Source: an uncultured Planctomycetaceae bacterium
GTDB lineage: Bacteria > Planctomycetota > Planctomycetia > Pirellulales > PALSA-1355
Length of the DNA stretch: 64,000 bases
Assembly (NCBI GenBank): GCA_963785305.1
Contig: CAWAUV010000002.1
Span: forward strand, 1 to 64,000
Direction of reading: 5' to 3'
The position numbers and the translations under genes were made by a program. The notes under the pieces are model-generated. The model made no database searches, was not told where the DNA came from, and saw nothing but the letters and a program-made list of their open reading frames with translations. Below are positions 11,701 through 25,200 of this stretch, piece by piece (positions within the stretch are counted from its first letter, which is position 1; every line of letters starts with the position of its first letter).

Positions 11701-14700
11701 CGTGGGCTTGGCCTTTCGCTCGCCTTGGGCGCTGCTGGCGGCCGGACCGATTCTCGCGCTTTGGCTCGCCGGCCCGTATTGGGCTTGGCGCATCTCGCAG
11801 CCACTCGCCAAGTTCAAACTCTCGCTCACGGCCGACGACTACGCGTTTCTCGCTTCCGCCGCGCGGCGCACATGGCGCTACTTCGACACCTTCGCTTGCG
11901 AACGCGAACATTGGCTGGCGCCCGACAATTATCAAGAAGAGCCCGGCGGCGCGATCGCCGCCCGCACCAGTCCCACGAATATCGGCATGGCGCTGCTCAG
12001 CAATCTGGCCGCGCACGACCTGGGCTATATTCCGGCGCCCACGATGCTCGATCGCATTGAAAAGACCTTCGCCACCCTCAGCCAGCTCGAACGCTTCCGC
12101 GGCCACTTTTTCAACTGGTACGATACCCGCACGCTCCAAGTCATCGAGCCGCGTTATGTGTCGGTGGTCGATAGCGGCAATCTGGTCGGGCACTTGATCG
12201 CGCTGCGCGGCGGGCTCGAGGAACTGCGCGATGAAGCGATATTGCCGGCGCAGTTTCGTCCCGGCTTGGCCGCCGTGATTTCACTCGTGGTCGATGCCCT
12301 GGCCAACACTCCGGCGCTGGCCGGCAGCGAGTCGATCGAAGCGCGACGCGAGTTCGAGTCGCTTCTGCCCCGCCCCATTTGGCATGGCCCGCGACATGCC
12401 GAATCCGCGGCGGTCCGACCTACGAACGGTAGCCCCCATGACGACCGGATGGAATCGTCGTTTGGCGTCGGCGAAGCGCTGCGGCTTCTCGACCAAACGC
12501 TCGCCTTGGCCGCGAAGTGGCGCGAGCCGGCCACCCGGGCCGGCGATGGTTCGCTGGGCGGCTGGTTCGACGCGCTCGAGGAGCAATGCCGCCAGTGGCA
12601 CGAGTTCCTGTCCCGCGTGGGCCCGTGGATCAAGCCGCTCGCGGAGTTGAATGCCGCGACGGGCGAAAGCGCCGAACAAGCCGCGGGATTGATTGCGAGC
12701 GCCGAGGCGCTGGCCCGCGAGCCGGTCCCCTTGGGCCAATTTCCGCGCCGCGCGGCGGCGATTATCGCCGCCGCCAAGACTCTCGGAGAATCGCTCGGCG
12801 CCCAGGCCGAACTAAGGCAGCCGCTCGCCGCGCTGGTCGCGGCGCTGGCCACGGCTTCCGACGCGGTGGGCGAGACGCTCAACCACGCGCTCCACGCCGC
12901 CGCCCAGTGCGACGCCTACGCGGCGATGGACTTCACCTTCATGTACGATCCGAAGCGCGATCTGTTCAGCATCGGCTTCAACGCCAGCGCCCATCGCCTC
13001 GACCAAAGCTTCTACGACCTGCTCGCCTCCGAAGCCCGACTGGCCAGCTACCTGAATATCGCCCAAGGCCAGTTGCCCCGAGATCATTGGTTTGCCCTGG
13101 GTCGCATGATGACCACGCAATCGGGCGAGCCGACGCTCTTGAGTTGGTCGGGCTCGATGTTCGAATACCTGATGCCGCTGCTCGTGATGCCGCATTTCGA
13201 GGGCACTCTGCTTCATCAATCGGCGATCGGCGCGGTGCGTCGCCAGATCGAATATGGTCGCCAGCGGCACGTGCCCTGGGGCATTTCCGAAAGCTGCTAC
13301 CATGTGATGGACGCCAACATGGTCTATCAATACCGCGCTTTCGGAGTGCCTGGGCTTGGTTTGCAACGTGGTCTGGCCGACGATCTCGTGATCGCGCCCT
13401 ATGCCAGCGTGATGGCCACGATGATTCTGCCGGCCGAAGCCACGGCCAATCTCCGCCGCTTGGCCGATAGCGGCTTTTGGGGCGATTATGGCTATTTCGA
13501 CGCGGTCGATTTCACGCCGAATCGCCTGCTCGAAGGCGGTCGCGGCGCACCGTGCCGTGTTTACATGGCGCATCATAGCGGCATGAGTCTCGTGGCCTTG
13601 GCCAATGTCTTGGGCGGAAGCCCCATGCCGCGGCGATTCATGCGCGACCCGGAGCTCAAGGCCCACGATCTTCTGCTCCAGGAGCGCATCCCCGGCGCGA
13701 TCGAGCCGGTGTATCCCCACGCGCTCGAAGCTCGCGAGGCGAATCTCACCCGGCAGATCGCCACGCCCGAACCGAGCATTCGCGTGGTCAAGACGCCCGA
13801 CACTCCGGCGCCCGAAACCCAACTGCTCTCGAACGGCGCTTATCATGTGGTGGTCACGCAGTCGGGCGGCGGCTATAGTCGCTGGCGCGATCTGGCGGTG
13901 ACCGCTTGGCGCGAGGACTTCACGCGCGACGCCGACGGATTGTATTGCTATGTGCGCGACCTGGCCAGCGGCGCGGTCTGGTCGACCACGTATCAGCCCA
14001 CGCTCCAGCCGGCCAAACGCTATCAAGTGACATTCACCCAAGGGCGAGTCGAGTTTTCTCGCGTGGACCATGATCTGGAAGTGCAGACCGTCATCAGCGT
14101 CTCGCCCGAAGACGATATCGAAGTGCGGCGCGTGGTCATAACGAACGCCGGCCGCCTGCGCCGCGAGCTCGAGCTGACCACCTATGGCGAAGTCGTGGCG
14201 GGGCGCAACGCCGAGTTTCTCTCGCATCGCGTGTTCAGCAATCTTTTCATCGAAACGGAAATCCTGGCCGATCGCAACGCGATTCTTTGCAGCCGCCGCA
14301 AGCGCACAAAAGCGATCCCTCGGCCTGGATGTTTCACCTGTTTATCGTACATGGCCACCCCACGGGCCGGGCCAGTTTCGAATCCGACCGCTCGCGCTTC
14401 CTAGGCCGCTGCCGCTCGACGCGCAATCCGGTGGCGATGGATCACGCCGGCCCGCTGCACGGCTCGGCCGGTTCGGTGCTCGAACCCTGCGTGAGCATTC
14501 GCCAAACCCTGACCTTGGCGCCCGACGCCCTGGGCCGCGCCGACATCATCACCGGCATGGCCGAAAGCCGCGAGGAAGCGCTGATGCTGATCGAAAAGTA
14601 TCAGGACTATCGGCTGGCCGATCGGGTGTTGGAAATGGCCCGCACGCATAGCGAGATCGTGCAGCGCCGCCTGGGCGCCACCGACGCCGACGCGCAGCTC

Positions 14701-17650
14701 TTTGCCCGGCTCGCCGGTCCAGTGATCTACGGCGGCCACATGCTCCGCGCGGATCTCAATCCTCCGGCCCGCACCCAACTTCGACAGGCGAGCCTCTGGG
14801 CCTATGGCATCAGCGGCGATCGACCGATCGTGCTCGCCACCGTTTCGGCCATCGAGCGCGTGAGCATGGTCAAGCGGCTCGTGCAGGCGCATTCCTACTG
14901 GCGAGCCAAGGGCCTTTCGGCCGATCTTGTGATTCTGATCGACGATTATAGCGGTTATCGCCAAGCGCTCTACGACGCCGTGATGTCGCTCGTGGTCTCG
15001 GGTTCCGACGCGCCGCAACTCGACAAGGCCGGCGGCGTGTTCGTGCGCCGCTGCGATCAAATTCCCGAGGAAGACCGGCGGCTCTTGCAAATCGCGGCCC
15101 GCGTGGTGTTCGTCGACACGCGTGGCTCGCTCGGCGAACAGCTCGAGCGTAAAACGCGTGGCGACGCGCGACACGCGCCGGCCTTGGCGCCACGCCCGCG
15201 GAAAGAAGCCGATCCGGCGCGTCCCCCGGTGCAAGCTCGCGACCTCGTGGCTTACAACGGCCTGGGCGGCTTCACGGCCGATGGCCGCGAATATGTGATG
15301 ACGCTCGACCAATCGCAAACCACGCCGGCTCCCTGGGCCAATGTGCTCGCCAACGACCGGCTCGGCGCCGTGGTCACGGAGTCGGGCTTGGGCTATACCT
15401 GGTTCGAAAATGCCCATGAATTCCGCCTTTCCCCCTGGTTCAACGATCCGGTGTGCGACCCGGTGGGCGAAGCGATTTATATTCGCGATGAGGAGACCGG
15501 CCGCTTCTTTTCGCCCACGCCCGCCCCGGCCCCCGGCTCCCGGGCCTATGTCGTGCGGCATGGGCTTGGTTACACGGTGTGGGAATACGAGGAAGGCGGC
15601 CTCGCCACCGAGCTCTCGTGCTTCGTGGCCAGCGACGCGCCGGTCAAGCTGCTCTTGCTCAAGCTCCGCAACCGGAGCGGGCCGCAAGCGCACGATCAGC
15701 GTGACCGGCTATGTCGAATGGGCGCTCGGCGAGGATCGCATTCCAGGCAATCTCTACACGCAAACGGAGGTCGATCCGCAGACCGACGCGCTGTTGGCGC
15801 AAAATCCCTACAACAACGAGTTCAATAGCCGCGTCGCTTTTTTTCAAATCAGCGAAGCCCAACGATCGATCACCTGCGATAGAACTGAATTTCTAGGACG
15901 CCACGGCGCCGCCTCGAACCCGGCCGCCCTGCGGCGCACTCGGCTCAGCGGCCGCGCGGGAGCGGGCTTTGATCCTTGCGCCGCCTTGCAATCGGTCTTG
16001 GAGCTCGCCGACGGCCAAGATCAAGAAATCAGCTTCACGCTCGGCGCCGCGGCCGATCTCGCCGAAACCCGCTCGCTCGTGCATCGATTTCAGGGCGTGG
16101 GCGATGCCCGTCGCACGCTCGAAAAAGTTTGGAGCCGCTGGACGAATATCCTCGGCGGGGTGCAAGTCGACACGCCCGAACTCTCCGTCAACCTGCTCGC
16201 CAATGGCTGGCTGCTCTACCAAACGCTCGCTTGCCGTTTCTGGGGTCGGAGCGGCTTCTACCAATCGGGGGGCGCGTTTGGCTTTCGCGACCAACTCCAA
16301 GATTCGCTCGCCCTCACGCTCACCCAGCCGCAACTCACCCGCGAACATCTGCTCCGTTCGGCCGGACGGCAGTTTGCCGAAGGCGACGTCCAGCACTGGT
16401 GGCATCCGCCATCGGGCCGCGGTGTGCGCACCAAAATCTCCGACGACTTCCTGTGGCTGCCCTATGTCGCGGCCCATTATGTGAGCACGACCGGAGACCG
16501 GGCCGTGCTCGACGAGCGGATCCACTATCTCTCGGGCCGGCCGGTCGCGGCCGATGAAGAAGCCTACTACGATCTGCCGCAAACCTCGGAATCCCAGGCC
16601 ACGCTCTACGAACATTGCCGCCAAGCCATTCACCACGGCCTTCGCTTCGGCCGACATGGCCTGCCGCTGATGGGCTCGGGCGACTGGAACGACGGCATGA
16701 ACCTGGTGGGCGTCGAAGGACAGGGCGAAAGCGTGTGGCTGGCGTTTTTCCTGAGAGATGTGCTGGAAAAGTTCGCTCCGCTGGCCCGCGAACGCGGCGA
16801 CGACGCGTTTGCCGATCTCTGCCGCGACCAGTCCGACCATCTCCGCGAGATGATCGAAGCCAACGCTTGGGATGGCGCCTGGTATCGCCGGGCGTATTTC
16901 GACTCGGGCGAGCCTCTCGGCTCGGCGACCAACTCCGAATGTCAGATCGACTCGCTGCCGCAGAGTTGGGCCGCCATGACCGACGCGGTTGATGTCCGGC
17001 GAATGCAAGAGGCGATGCAATCGGTCTACGATCGGCTCGTGCGCCGCGATCTGGGCGTGATTCAGCTTTTCGATCCGCCCTTCGACCGCGGCGATATGGA
17101 GCCGGGCTATATCAAGGGATATCTGCCCGGTGTGCGAGAAAACGGCGGTCAGTACACGCATGCCGCGGTGTGGACCACGATGGCGTTTGCCTTCTTGGGC
17201 GAGACCGCCAAGGCCTGGCAATGCTTCGACATCATCAATCCGCTCCGCCATAGCGGCAATCAGGAGCAGATGCGCACCTACAAAGTCGAGCCCTATGTGC
17301 TGGCGGCCGATGTGTACAGTGTTCCGCCGCATCAAGGCCGCGGCGGCTGGACCTGGTACACCGGCAGCGCCGGCTGGATGTATCGCCTGATCGTCGAGAC
17401 ACTGCTCGGCCTCAGGCTCGAGGGGGGGTCGAGGCTCGTCTTCCGGCCCTGCGTGCCCGCGACCTGGAGCAAATATCACCTCACGTACCGCCACCACGAA
17501 ACGATCTACCGGATCGAGCTCGTGATCGAAAGCGAGCCGACGCACCATGTGAAGCAAGTGCTGCTCGACGACGTGGACCAGCCGGAAAAGTACGTGCCTT
17601 TGACCGACGACCGCGCCGAACATCGGGTGCTAGTGCGACTGGGGCTGTGA
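8753..17650 (+). CDS. ndvB: Cyclic beta-1,2-glucan synthase (NdvB/ChvB/Cgs: GT84 + GH94-like phosphorylase domains), frameshifted at about 14310 and 15680
   Basis: 'PAAEWLLDNYY', 'ERKRGKL', 'ITLDTDTQLP', 'ILSHDLIEG', 'RRHRWVRGDWQ', 'RTSPTNIG', 'SWSGSMFEYLMP', 'WGISES', 'GFYQSGGAFGFRDQLQD', 'GDWNDGMN', 'RENGGQYTHAA' across three consecutive ORFs. Confidence 0.92.
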
Positions 17651-17952
17651 GTCGCCCCCCGGAGTCTTGGATCGCGGAGCAAAACGCGGCGCCGGCTCGG
17701 TGAACATCCACCGGGTGAACAACAGGCGGCCATAAGCACGACATTTTGTCGCCCCGGTTTCCGCCCGGCGCATTCAGCCCGGAAGAAATCGGGCGTCGTC
17801 CTCGTATTTACTCGTTTCCGACTGTTGACGGATGCTTTCAAGGAATTTATCTTTTAACTGCAAATTCATTTTCTTCCATTTCTGCTTTGCGCTCGCAAAC
17901 ACGTGAAGTTAGCTTCATCGGAGTGGCTGCCATGTATGGCTTGTCCGCGAAT

Positions 17953-18270
17953 ATGCAATCACGGCGCCCTGGGACGAAGTTTTTTTTGATCGTGGCTGTC
18001 GTCGGCGCGGCGGCTCGGGCGGATGCCGCGATCATCGCGAGCGATAATTTCGGCTCCTATGCTCCGGGCACGTATTTCAACGGCCTGACGCCCGCGGCGG
18101 GGAGCGGCTTCACGAACAACTATTATGGAGATGTGGCGACATCGCCCTTGACCAACAACGCGCCGCAAGTCGCCGCGGGAAGGCTTAGCTACGCGGCCGG
18201 GACCGTGAACGATATTGGCAGCGCGAACTCGGCTTACGTCGCGACGAATCGTCTGACGGGCCGCGCGTAG
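17953..18270 (+). CDS. Short secreted-protein ORF, possibly a truncated PEP-CTERM-type N-terminus
   Basis: Signal-peptide-like '[17 protein letters not shown]' followed by '[11 protein letters not shown]', then an early stop with no sorting motif. Confidence 0.4.
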   Translation: MQSRRPGTKFFLIVAVVGAAARADAAIIASDNFGSYAPGTYFNGLTPAAGSGFTNNYYGDVATSPLTNNAPQVAAGRLSYAAGTVNDIGSANSAYVATNRLTGRA

Positions 18271-18310
18271 CCCGGGACGGCTTCATTCGCGCTTTTTGGC
18301 ATCTTCCCCC

Positions 18311-19234
18311 ATGGCACGTCTTGCGCATTCCGCGACGGCTGGCGAACACATGCGCCGGCGGGCCGCATTCACGCTTGTCGAGCTGCTGGTCGTGATCGCG
18401 ATCATCGGCATCTTGATCGCGCTCTTGTTGCCGGCGGTGCAAGCGGTGCGCGAGTCGGCCCGGCGATCGTCGTGCGCCAACAATCTCAAGCAACTCTCGC
18501 TGGGTTGCCACAATTACGCCAACGCCCATTACGACATGCTGCCCTTGGGCGTGGGCGCCATCGATCGCTACGCGCTCTTCGCCACGCTCTTGCCCTTTGT
18601 CGAAGAGACCGCTCTCTTCAGGCAACTCAAGCTGAACACCGATCCCACGGCCGACACCGTGAACAAGTATGTCGATGTCGGCTGCTAAATCTGTCCCAGC
18701 TTCCCCTACCAGCATGTGGCGACCGACACCACGCTGCCGATTTATTCGCAAGGCGCGCTCAAGACCTATCAAGGCATCGGCGGAGCGCTCATCTCGAATC
18801 CCCAGCTTCAAGTCGACACCAGCGGTTACGGCAGCCTGCCCAACAACGGTTGTTTCGGTTGGGGATTCTCCCGCAAATTCCGCGAAATCACCGACGGGCT
18901 CTCCAACACGCTCATGCTGGGCGAATATGTGCATTTCGATTGCCCCAATGGCGCCTGCGAGCCTTACCCGGGCCAGATTCGGCCGCGGGCCGTGGTGTCC
19001 GAGGGAGCTTATGCGAATTACAGTTTCAAAGTGGTCGTCAATATCATCAATTCGCCGCTGGCACGCGTGGCGGATTCGATTCCCTTCAACTATCTCGCCA
19101 TGGGTAGTTTCCATCCGCAAGGTGCGCAGTTCGCCTTCGCCGATGGCAGTGTGCAATTCCTGGTCGAGGATATGAATCTGCTCACCTACCAGCAGCTTTC
19201 GACCGTGAGCGGCAACGAGGTCACGAATTTCTAA
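18311..19234 (+). CDS. DUF1559 (prepilin-type N-terminal methylation, H-X9-DG) protein, frameshifted at about 18685
   Basis: '[44 protein letters not shown]', '[13 protein letters not shown]', '[18 protein letters not shown]'. Confidence 0.9.
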
Positions 19235-19474
19235 CATTCCGGCGCCTCTCGGCGCCTCCATGCCGCGTTTGCTCGATCCAAGACGTGGCAATCGTTGACT
19301 TTCCGCGTCGGCGTCGGAGGCGGCGGCGTCGGGCCGCGTCGCTCTTGGCCGGCCGCGCGTCACCGCCCTTGACCGGCGCCATCGATCGTCGCGATTCGCG
19401 CCTGCGCCGATTTTTGGTATCGTGTTCTTGTCGACGCCCTCAGCTCCGATATACCCAATGCAAGGAGGACCAGC

Positions 19475-21909
19475 ATGGCCACGGAAATCGACCAAGACCA
19501 GCAGCTAAGCGCATTCGGACCGGCTCGTTCCACGATCGCCGGCGCCCCGCTCGACGCCGAAACGCTCCGCCGCATCGATTCCTATTGGCGAGCCACCCTC
19601 TATCTGTCGCTGGGCATGATCTATCTCAAGGACAATCCGCTCTTGCGCACCCCGCTCCAAGACGAGCATGTCAAGAAACGGCTCCTCGGACACTGGGGTT
19701 CCGATCCCGGCATGAGCCTCACCTATATCCACCTCAATCGGCTCATCAAGAAATACGATCTCGACATGATCTTTCTGGCCGGTCCGGGCCACGGCGCGCC
19801 AGCTCTCTTGTCGAATGCTTACTCTCGAGGGGACCTACTCCGAGACGTACCCCCACAAGAGCCAAGACCTAGCCGGAATGCAGCTTTTTTTCAAGGAGTT
19901 CTCGTTCCCCGGCGGCATCGGCAGCCATTGCACTCCGGAAACTCCCGGTTCGATTCACGAGGGCGGCGAGCTCGGCTATTCGGTTTCGCATGCCTACGGC
20001 GCCGTGTTCGACAATCCGGACCTGATCGCGGCCGTGATGGTCGGCGATGGCGAAGCCGAAACCGGTCCCTTGGCCACGGCCTGGCACTCGAACAAATTCT
20101 TGAATCCCGTGCGCGATGGGGCCGTGCTGCCGATCTTGCATCTAAACGGCTACAAGATCAACAACCCCACGATCTTGGCCCGCATCACGCACGACGAGCT
20201 CGAGGCGCTGTTTCGCGGCTACGGCTACACGCCCTACTTCGTCGAGGGCTCGGACGCGCCCTCGATGCACCAGGCGCTCGCCGCCACGCTCGAACATTGC
20301 GTGAATGAGATTCGCGGCATTCAGGCCGAAGCCCGCGGCGGGAGCGCGGCGAACGCCGTGCGTCCGCGATGGCCGATGGTGATCTTGCGCAGCCCGAAAG
20401 GCTGGACCGGTCCGAAAGAGATCGACGGCCATCAGGTCGAGGGGTCCTGGCGTTCGCATCAGGTGCCGATGGCCGATGTGCATGAAAAGCCGGCGCACAT
20501 GAAGCTCCTGGTCGAATGGCTCGCCAGCTACCGACCCGCGGAGCTGTTCGACGCCGAGGGCCGCCTTGTCGAGGAGCTGCGCGAGTTGCCGCCGCAAGGA
20601 GCGCGGCGGATGCAGCGCCAATCCACACGCCAACGGCGGCTTGCTGCGCAAACCGCTCGACCTGCCCGACTTTCGCGACTATGCCGTGGCCATCAAGCGC
20701 CCGGGCGAAGTCGAAGCGGAGCCGACGCGTCTGCTCGGTCAGTTCCTGCGCGATATTATTCGACGGAATCCCACGAATTTCCGGGTGTTTGGCCCCGACG
20801 AGACCGCGTCGAATCGCTTGACCGCCATGTATGAAGTCACCAAGAAAGTCTGGCTCGGCGAATATTTTCCCGAAGACGCCGACGGCTGCGAGCTCTCGAC
20901 CGATGGCCGCGTGATGGAAATGCTCAGCGAACACACGCTCGAGGGCTGGCTCGAAAGCTATGTCCTTACCGGACGCCACGGCTTCTTTTCGACCTACGAG
21001 GCGTTTGTCCACGTTATCGATTCGATGTTCAATCAACATGCCAAATGGCTCGCCAAATGCCGCGAGATCGCTTGGCGAGCCGATGTCTCATCGCTCAATC
21101 TCTTGATCACCTCCACCGTCTGGCGCCAAGACCACAACGGCTTCACGCATCAAGACCCCGGCTTTCTCGACGTGGTGGCCAACAAGAGCCCCGATGTGAC
21201 CCGCATCTATCTGCCGCCCGACGCCAACTGCCTCCTCTCGGTGGCGAACCACTGCCTGGCGAGCACGAATTACATCAACGTGATCGTGGCCGATAAGCAA
21301 TCGCACTTGCAGTATCTCACGATCAACGAAGCGATCGAGCATTGCACCAAGGGCATCGGCATCTGGCGCTGGGCCAGCAGCGATCAAGACGCCGTGCCCG
21401 ACCTGATCATGGCCGGCTGCGGCGATGTGGCCACGATGGAAGCGCTCGCCGCCACGGCCTTGCTCCGCAAGCATTTTCCGGATCTTAAGATCCGGTTCAT
21501 CAACGTGGTCGATCTCTTCCGGCTGGTGCCCGAAAGCGAGCATCCCCATGGCCTTTCCGACGCGGCGTTCAACTCGCTGTTCACCACCGATACTCCAGTG
21601 ATTTTCAATTTCCACGCCTATCCGTGGCTGATCCATCGCTTGACCTACCGCCGCGACAATCACAACAACATCCATGTGCGCGGCTACAAGGAACATGGCA
21701 ACATCAACACGCCGATGGAGCTCGCGATCCAGAACCAAATCGATCGTTTCACGCTCGCGATCGACGCGATCGACCGCGTGCCGCGGCTGCGCGTGATCGG
21801 CGCCCATGCCCGCGAGGAGCTGCTCAACCGGCGCATCGAATGTAGCAGCTACGCCGATGAAAACGGCATCGACCCGCCCGACGTGGTCCACTGGCGCTGG
21901 TCGAAGTAA
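19475..21909 (+). CDS. xfp: Xylulose-5-phosphate/fructose-6-phosphate phosphoketolase, frameshifted at about 19825 and 20613
   Basis: 'RLLGHWG', 'GPGHGAP', '[10 protein letters not shown]', TPP motif '[17 protein letters not shown]', '[12 protein letters not shown]'. RBS AAGGAGG upstream. Confidence 0.95.
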
Positions 21910-22044
21910 TCGCTCGACGCGTCCTCGCGGGGGAATGAACCGACCCGCGCTGGTATCGCTGGCGATGTCCCGCGCAGTCTCGATTTTCGGTGAGTGTCCA
22001 GGTTACAATAGGCGAGATTGTCCGAGCGGCGCATTTAGCCCTTC

Positions 22045-22125
22045 GAGAACCTATCCGACAGCTCGCTTCTCTCCGCGAAAGGAGAGTGCGTGGCGAGCGT
22101 TCGCCGAAGTTCTCGGATTGGCGCG
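22045..22125. mobile_element. MITE family C (about 80 bp) with an internal CTCTCC...GGAGAG hairpin
   Basis: GAACCTATCCGACA ... GTTCGCCGAAGTTCTCGGATTGGC, homologous to 43876-43955 and to the reverse complement of 45394-45475. Confidence 0.55.
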
Positions 22126-22250
22126 CGAGAAATGCCGTATCCCAGAAAACTTTACCGGTGGGAATTTCCGATGCAGTGCGATATTTGTGATTCGCGTGGC
22201 GCGTCGAAGTCGACGAAAACGGCGCAGCGCGGCGCCAGTGCGCCGGTTGG

Positions 22251-25200
22251 TTGCTTGCGCTGGTCGCCGTGGTCTTTTCCGGCGTTGCCGCCGCGCAGCT
22301 CGCGGCCTTGCCACCGGCGGCCGGCGAGCCGGTGATTCGAGTGCTATTTCTCGGCGACCAGGGGCATCATCATCCCGTCGACTTGGCCTCGACGCTCAAA
22401 GCGGTCATGGCCGGCCGCGGCATCGAGATTACATATACCGAACGTTTGGCCGACCTCAATCCCGCGACGCTCGCCCGCCATGACGCCCTGCTGATCTACG
22501 CCAATATCGATCAGCTCGGCGACGCCGAGGAAAAGTCGCTGCTCGATTATGTGGAAAGCGGCCACGGGCTCGTGGCGCTCCACTGCGCGTCGTATTGCTT
22601 TCATAATTCGCCCGCCTATATCGCGCTCGTGGGCGGCGAGTTCGAGCGTCATGGAACCGGCGAGTTCGACACCCAGGCGTCCCAGGCCGAGCATCCGATC
22701 ATGCGCGGCTTCGCGCCGTTTCACACTTGGGACGAAACCTACGTGCATCGCCGCCACAACACGGAAAATCGCGAAGTGCTGCAAACGCGCCGCGAAGGCG
22801 CCGGCGATGAACCGTGGACCTGGACGCGCCGCCAAGGCCAGGGCCGCGTCTTTTACACCGCCTATGGCCACGATGCCCGCACTTGGAACCAGCCCGGCTT
22901 TCAAGCGCTGGTCGAGCGAGGCATTCGTTGGGCCTCCGGCCGCGAAGTGTTCGATAGTCGCATGCGGCCCAACGCCGGCCTCGCTCCGTTCACCTATTCG
23001 CCGGCGAAAGTGCCGCTGTATTTGCCGAACCAAGCCCGCGGCGGCCATGCCGAGCCCAAATCACAAATGCAAAACCCACTCGACCCGGCCGAGTCGATGA
23101 AGCACCTGGTGACTCCGCGCGGCTTCGAAGCGAGGCTCTTCGCCAGCGAGCCCGACATCGGCAAACCGATCACCATGGCTTGGGACGAGCGTGGCCGGCT
23201 CTGGGTTGCCGAAACGGCCGACTACCCCAACGAGTTGCAAGAGCCCGGCCAGGGCCACGACCGCATTCGCATTCTCGAAGACACCGATGGCGATGGCCGG
23301 GCTGATAAGTTCACGCTCTTCGCCGATAAGCTCAGCATTCCCACCAGTGTCTTGCCGGTGCGAGGCGGAGTGATCGTGCATCAAGCACCGGTCACTTTAT
23401 TTTTGAAAGACACCGATGGCGACGATCATGAAGACTCGCGCGAAACGCTGCTCAGCGGCTGGGGGTCGCACGACACGCACTCGGGACCAAGCAATTTGCA
23501 CTGGGGCTTCGACAACTGGATTTGGGGAATTGTCGGCTATTCGGGATTCAAGGGCACGGTTGGCGGCGAGGCGCTTGATTTCAAACAGGGCTTCTTCCGC
23601 TTTCGCCCCGATGGCTCGAAGCTCGAATACCTTCGCGGCGCCAGCAACAACTCGTGGGGCATGAGCTTCGACGAAACCGGGCTCGTTTTTGGTTCGACCG
23701 CCAATGGCAATCCGAGCGTGTTCATGCCGATTCCGAACCGCTACTACGAAAATGTGCGCGGCGGTTCGGCGGCGGTGCTGCCGATGGCGGCGGTCGATAA
23801 CCATATCGAGCCGATCACCGAAAATGTGCGGCAAGTCGATTGGCATGGCGGGTTCACCGCCGCCGCCGGCCACGCGATCTATACCGCCCGGCTCTGGCCC
23901 GAAACCTACTGGAACCGCACGGCGTTCGTGTGCGAGCCGACCGGCCACCTGGTCGCCACTTTTTTCCTCGAGCCGCGCGGGAGCGACTTCGTGACGCGAA
24001 ATTCGTGGAATCAATTGGCCAGCGACGATGAATGGACCGCGCCGATCCTGGCCGAGGTCGGGCCCGATGGCAATGTGTGGGTCATCGATTGGTACAACTA
24101 TATCGTGCAGCACAATCCCACGCCGCATGGTTTTGAAAACGGCAAAGGCAACGCCTATCTCACTCCGCTGCGCGACAAGCAGCATGGCCGCATCTATCGG
24201 ATCGTGGCCCGCGGCCGTGAGCCGGCGCCCGCGCCGCGGCTCGACGCGGCTTCGCCCGACACGCTTTTGGCGGCGCTCGAGAGCGACAATCTCTTTTGGC
24301 GGATGCACGCGCAGCGGATGTTAGTCGAGCGTGGGAATCGCGATGTCGCGAATAAACTCATCGCGCTCACCGGGCTGGAAACATGCGACGCGCTCGGCGA
24401 ATGCCCGGCGGCGCTGCACGCGCTCCACGCGCTCGAGGGCCTTGGCCTGCTGGGCGGAAGCGAGCGGGCGGAAGATCGCGATGATCCGAGCCGGCAAGCA
24501 GCGACAAACGCCGCGATCGCCGCGCTCAAATATCCGGCCGCCGGAGTGCGCCGCGCCGCGACCCAAACGTTGCCGCGTGGCCCGCGCTGCGCCGAAGCGT
24601 TGCTGGCGGCCAATATTCCGCTCGACGCCGATGCCCAAGCGCGTCTCGCCGGGTTCCTGGCGCTCGCGGAAATGCCGCCCTCGGATCGCGCGGCCCGCGC
24701 GATCTTGGAAGCCATGGCCGATCCTCGCAACGCGCTTGATCGCTGGATACCCGACGCCGCGCTCGCCGCCGCCGCCGTCAATTCCCATGCGGCGCTGATT
24801 GCCCTTGCCCAGGGCGAACCCAAGTCCGGGGTCAAATTCCCGGGCGATGAAAAGAGTCTCGCTTGGGTCTCGCGGTTGGCCGAGCATGAGGCCCGCGGCA
24901 AAGCGGTCGACACGATCGGCGAAATCGTCGCCGCGTTCGACAGCGCCCCGAATGGGAGCAAGGCGGACCCGCTCCGGGCCGAGGCGATCGTGCGCGGTCT
25001 CGCGCGCGGTTGGCCTAAAGACACGCCCGCCAAGCTCGATGCCCAGGCCGACGCCGCTTTGGTCGCGCTCTTCGAGCGGCTTTCGCTTGCCAGCAAGAGC
25101 GAGCTCGCGACGCTCGCCGATCGCTTGGGGAGCAAAGCGTTTGAAGGGCGAATGGCCCAATTGCGGGCCGGGCTGCTTTCCGCGGCCGAAGACACGACCA

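Noticed and set aside
17690..17765. Second SRP-like or 6S-like RNA (GGTGAAC...GGCGGCCATAAGC)
   Set aside because: Only short motif similarity. I could not build the terminal stem or the CAGG/GNRA/AGCA core.
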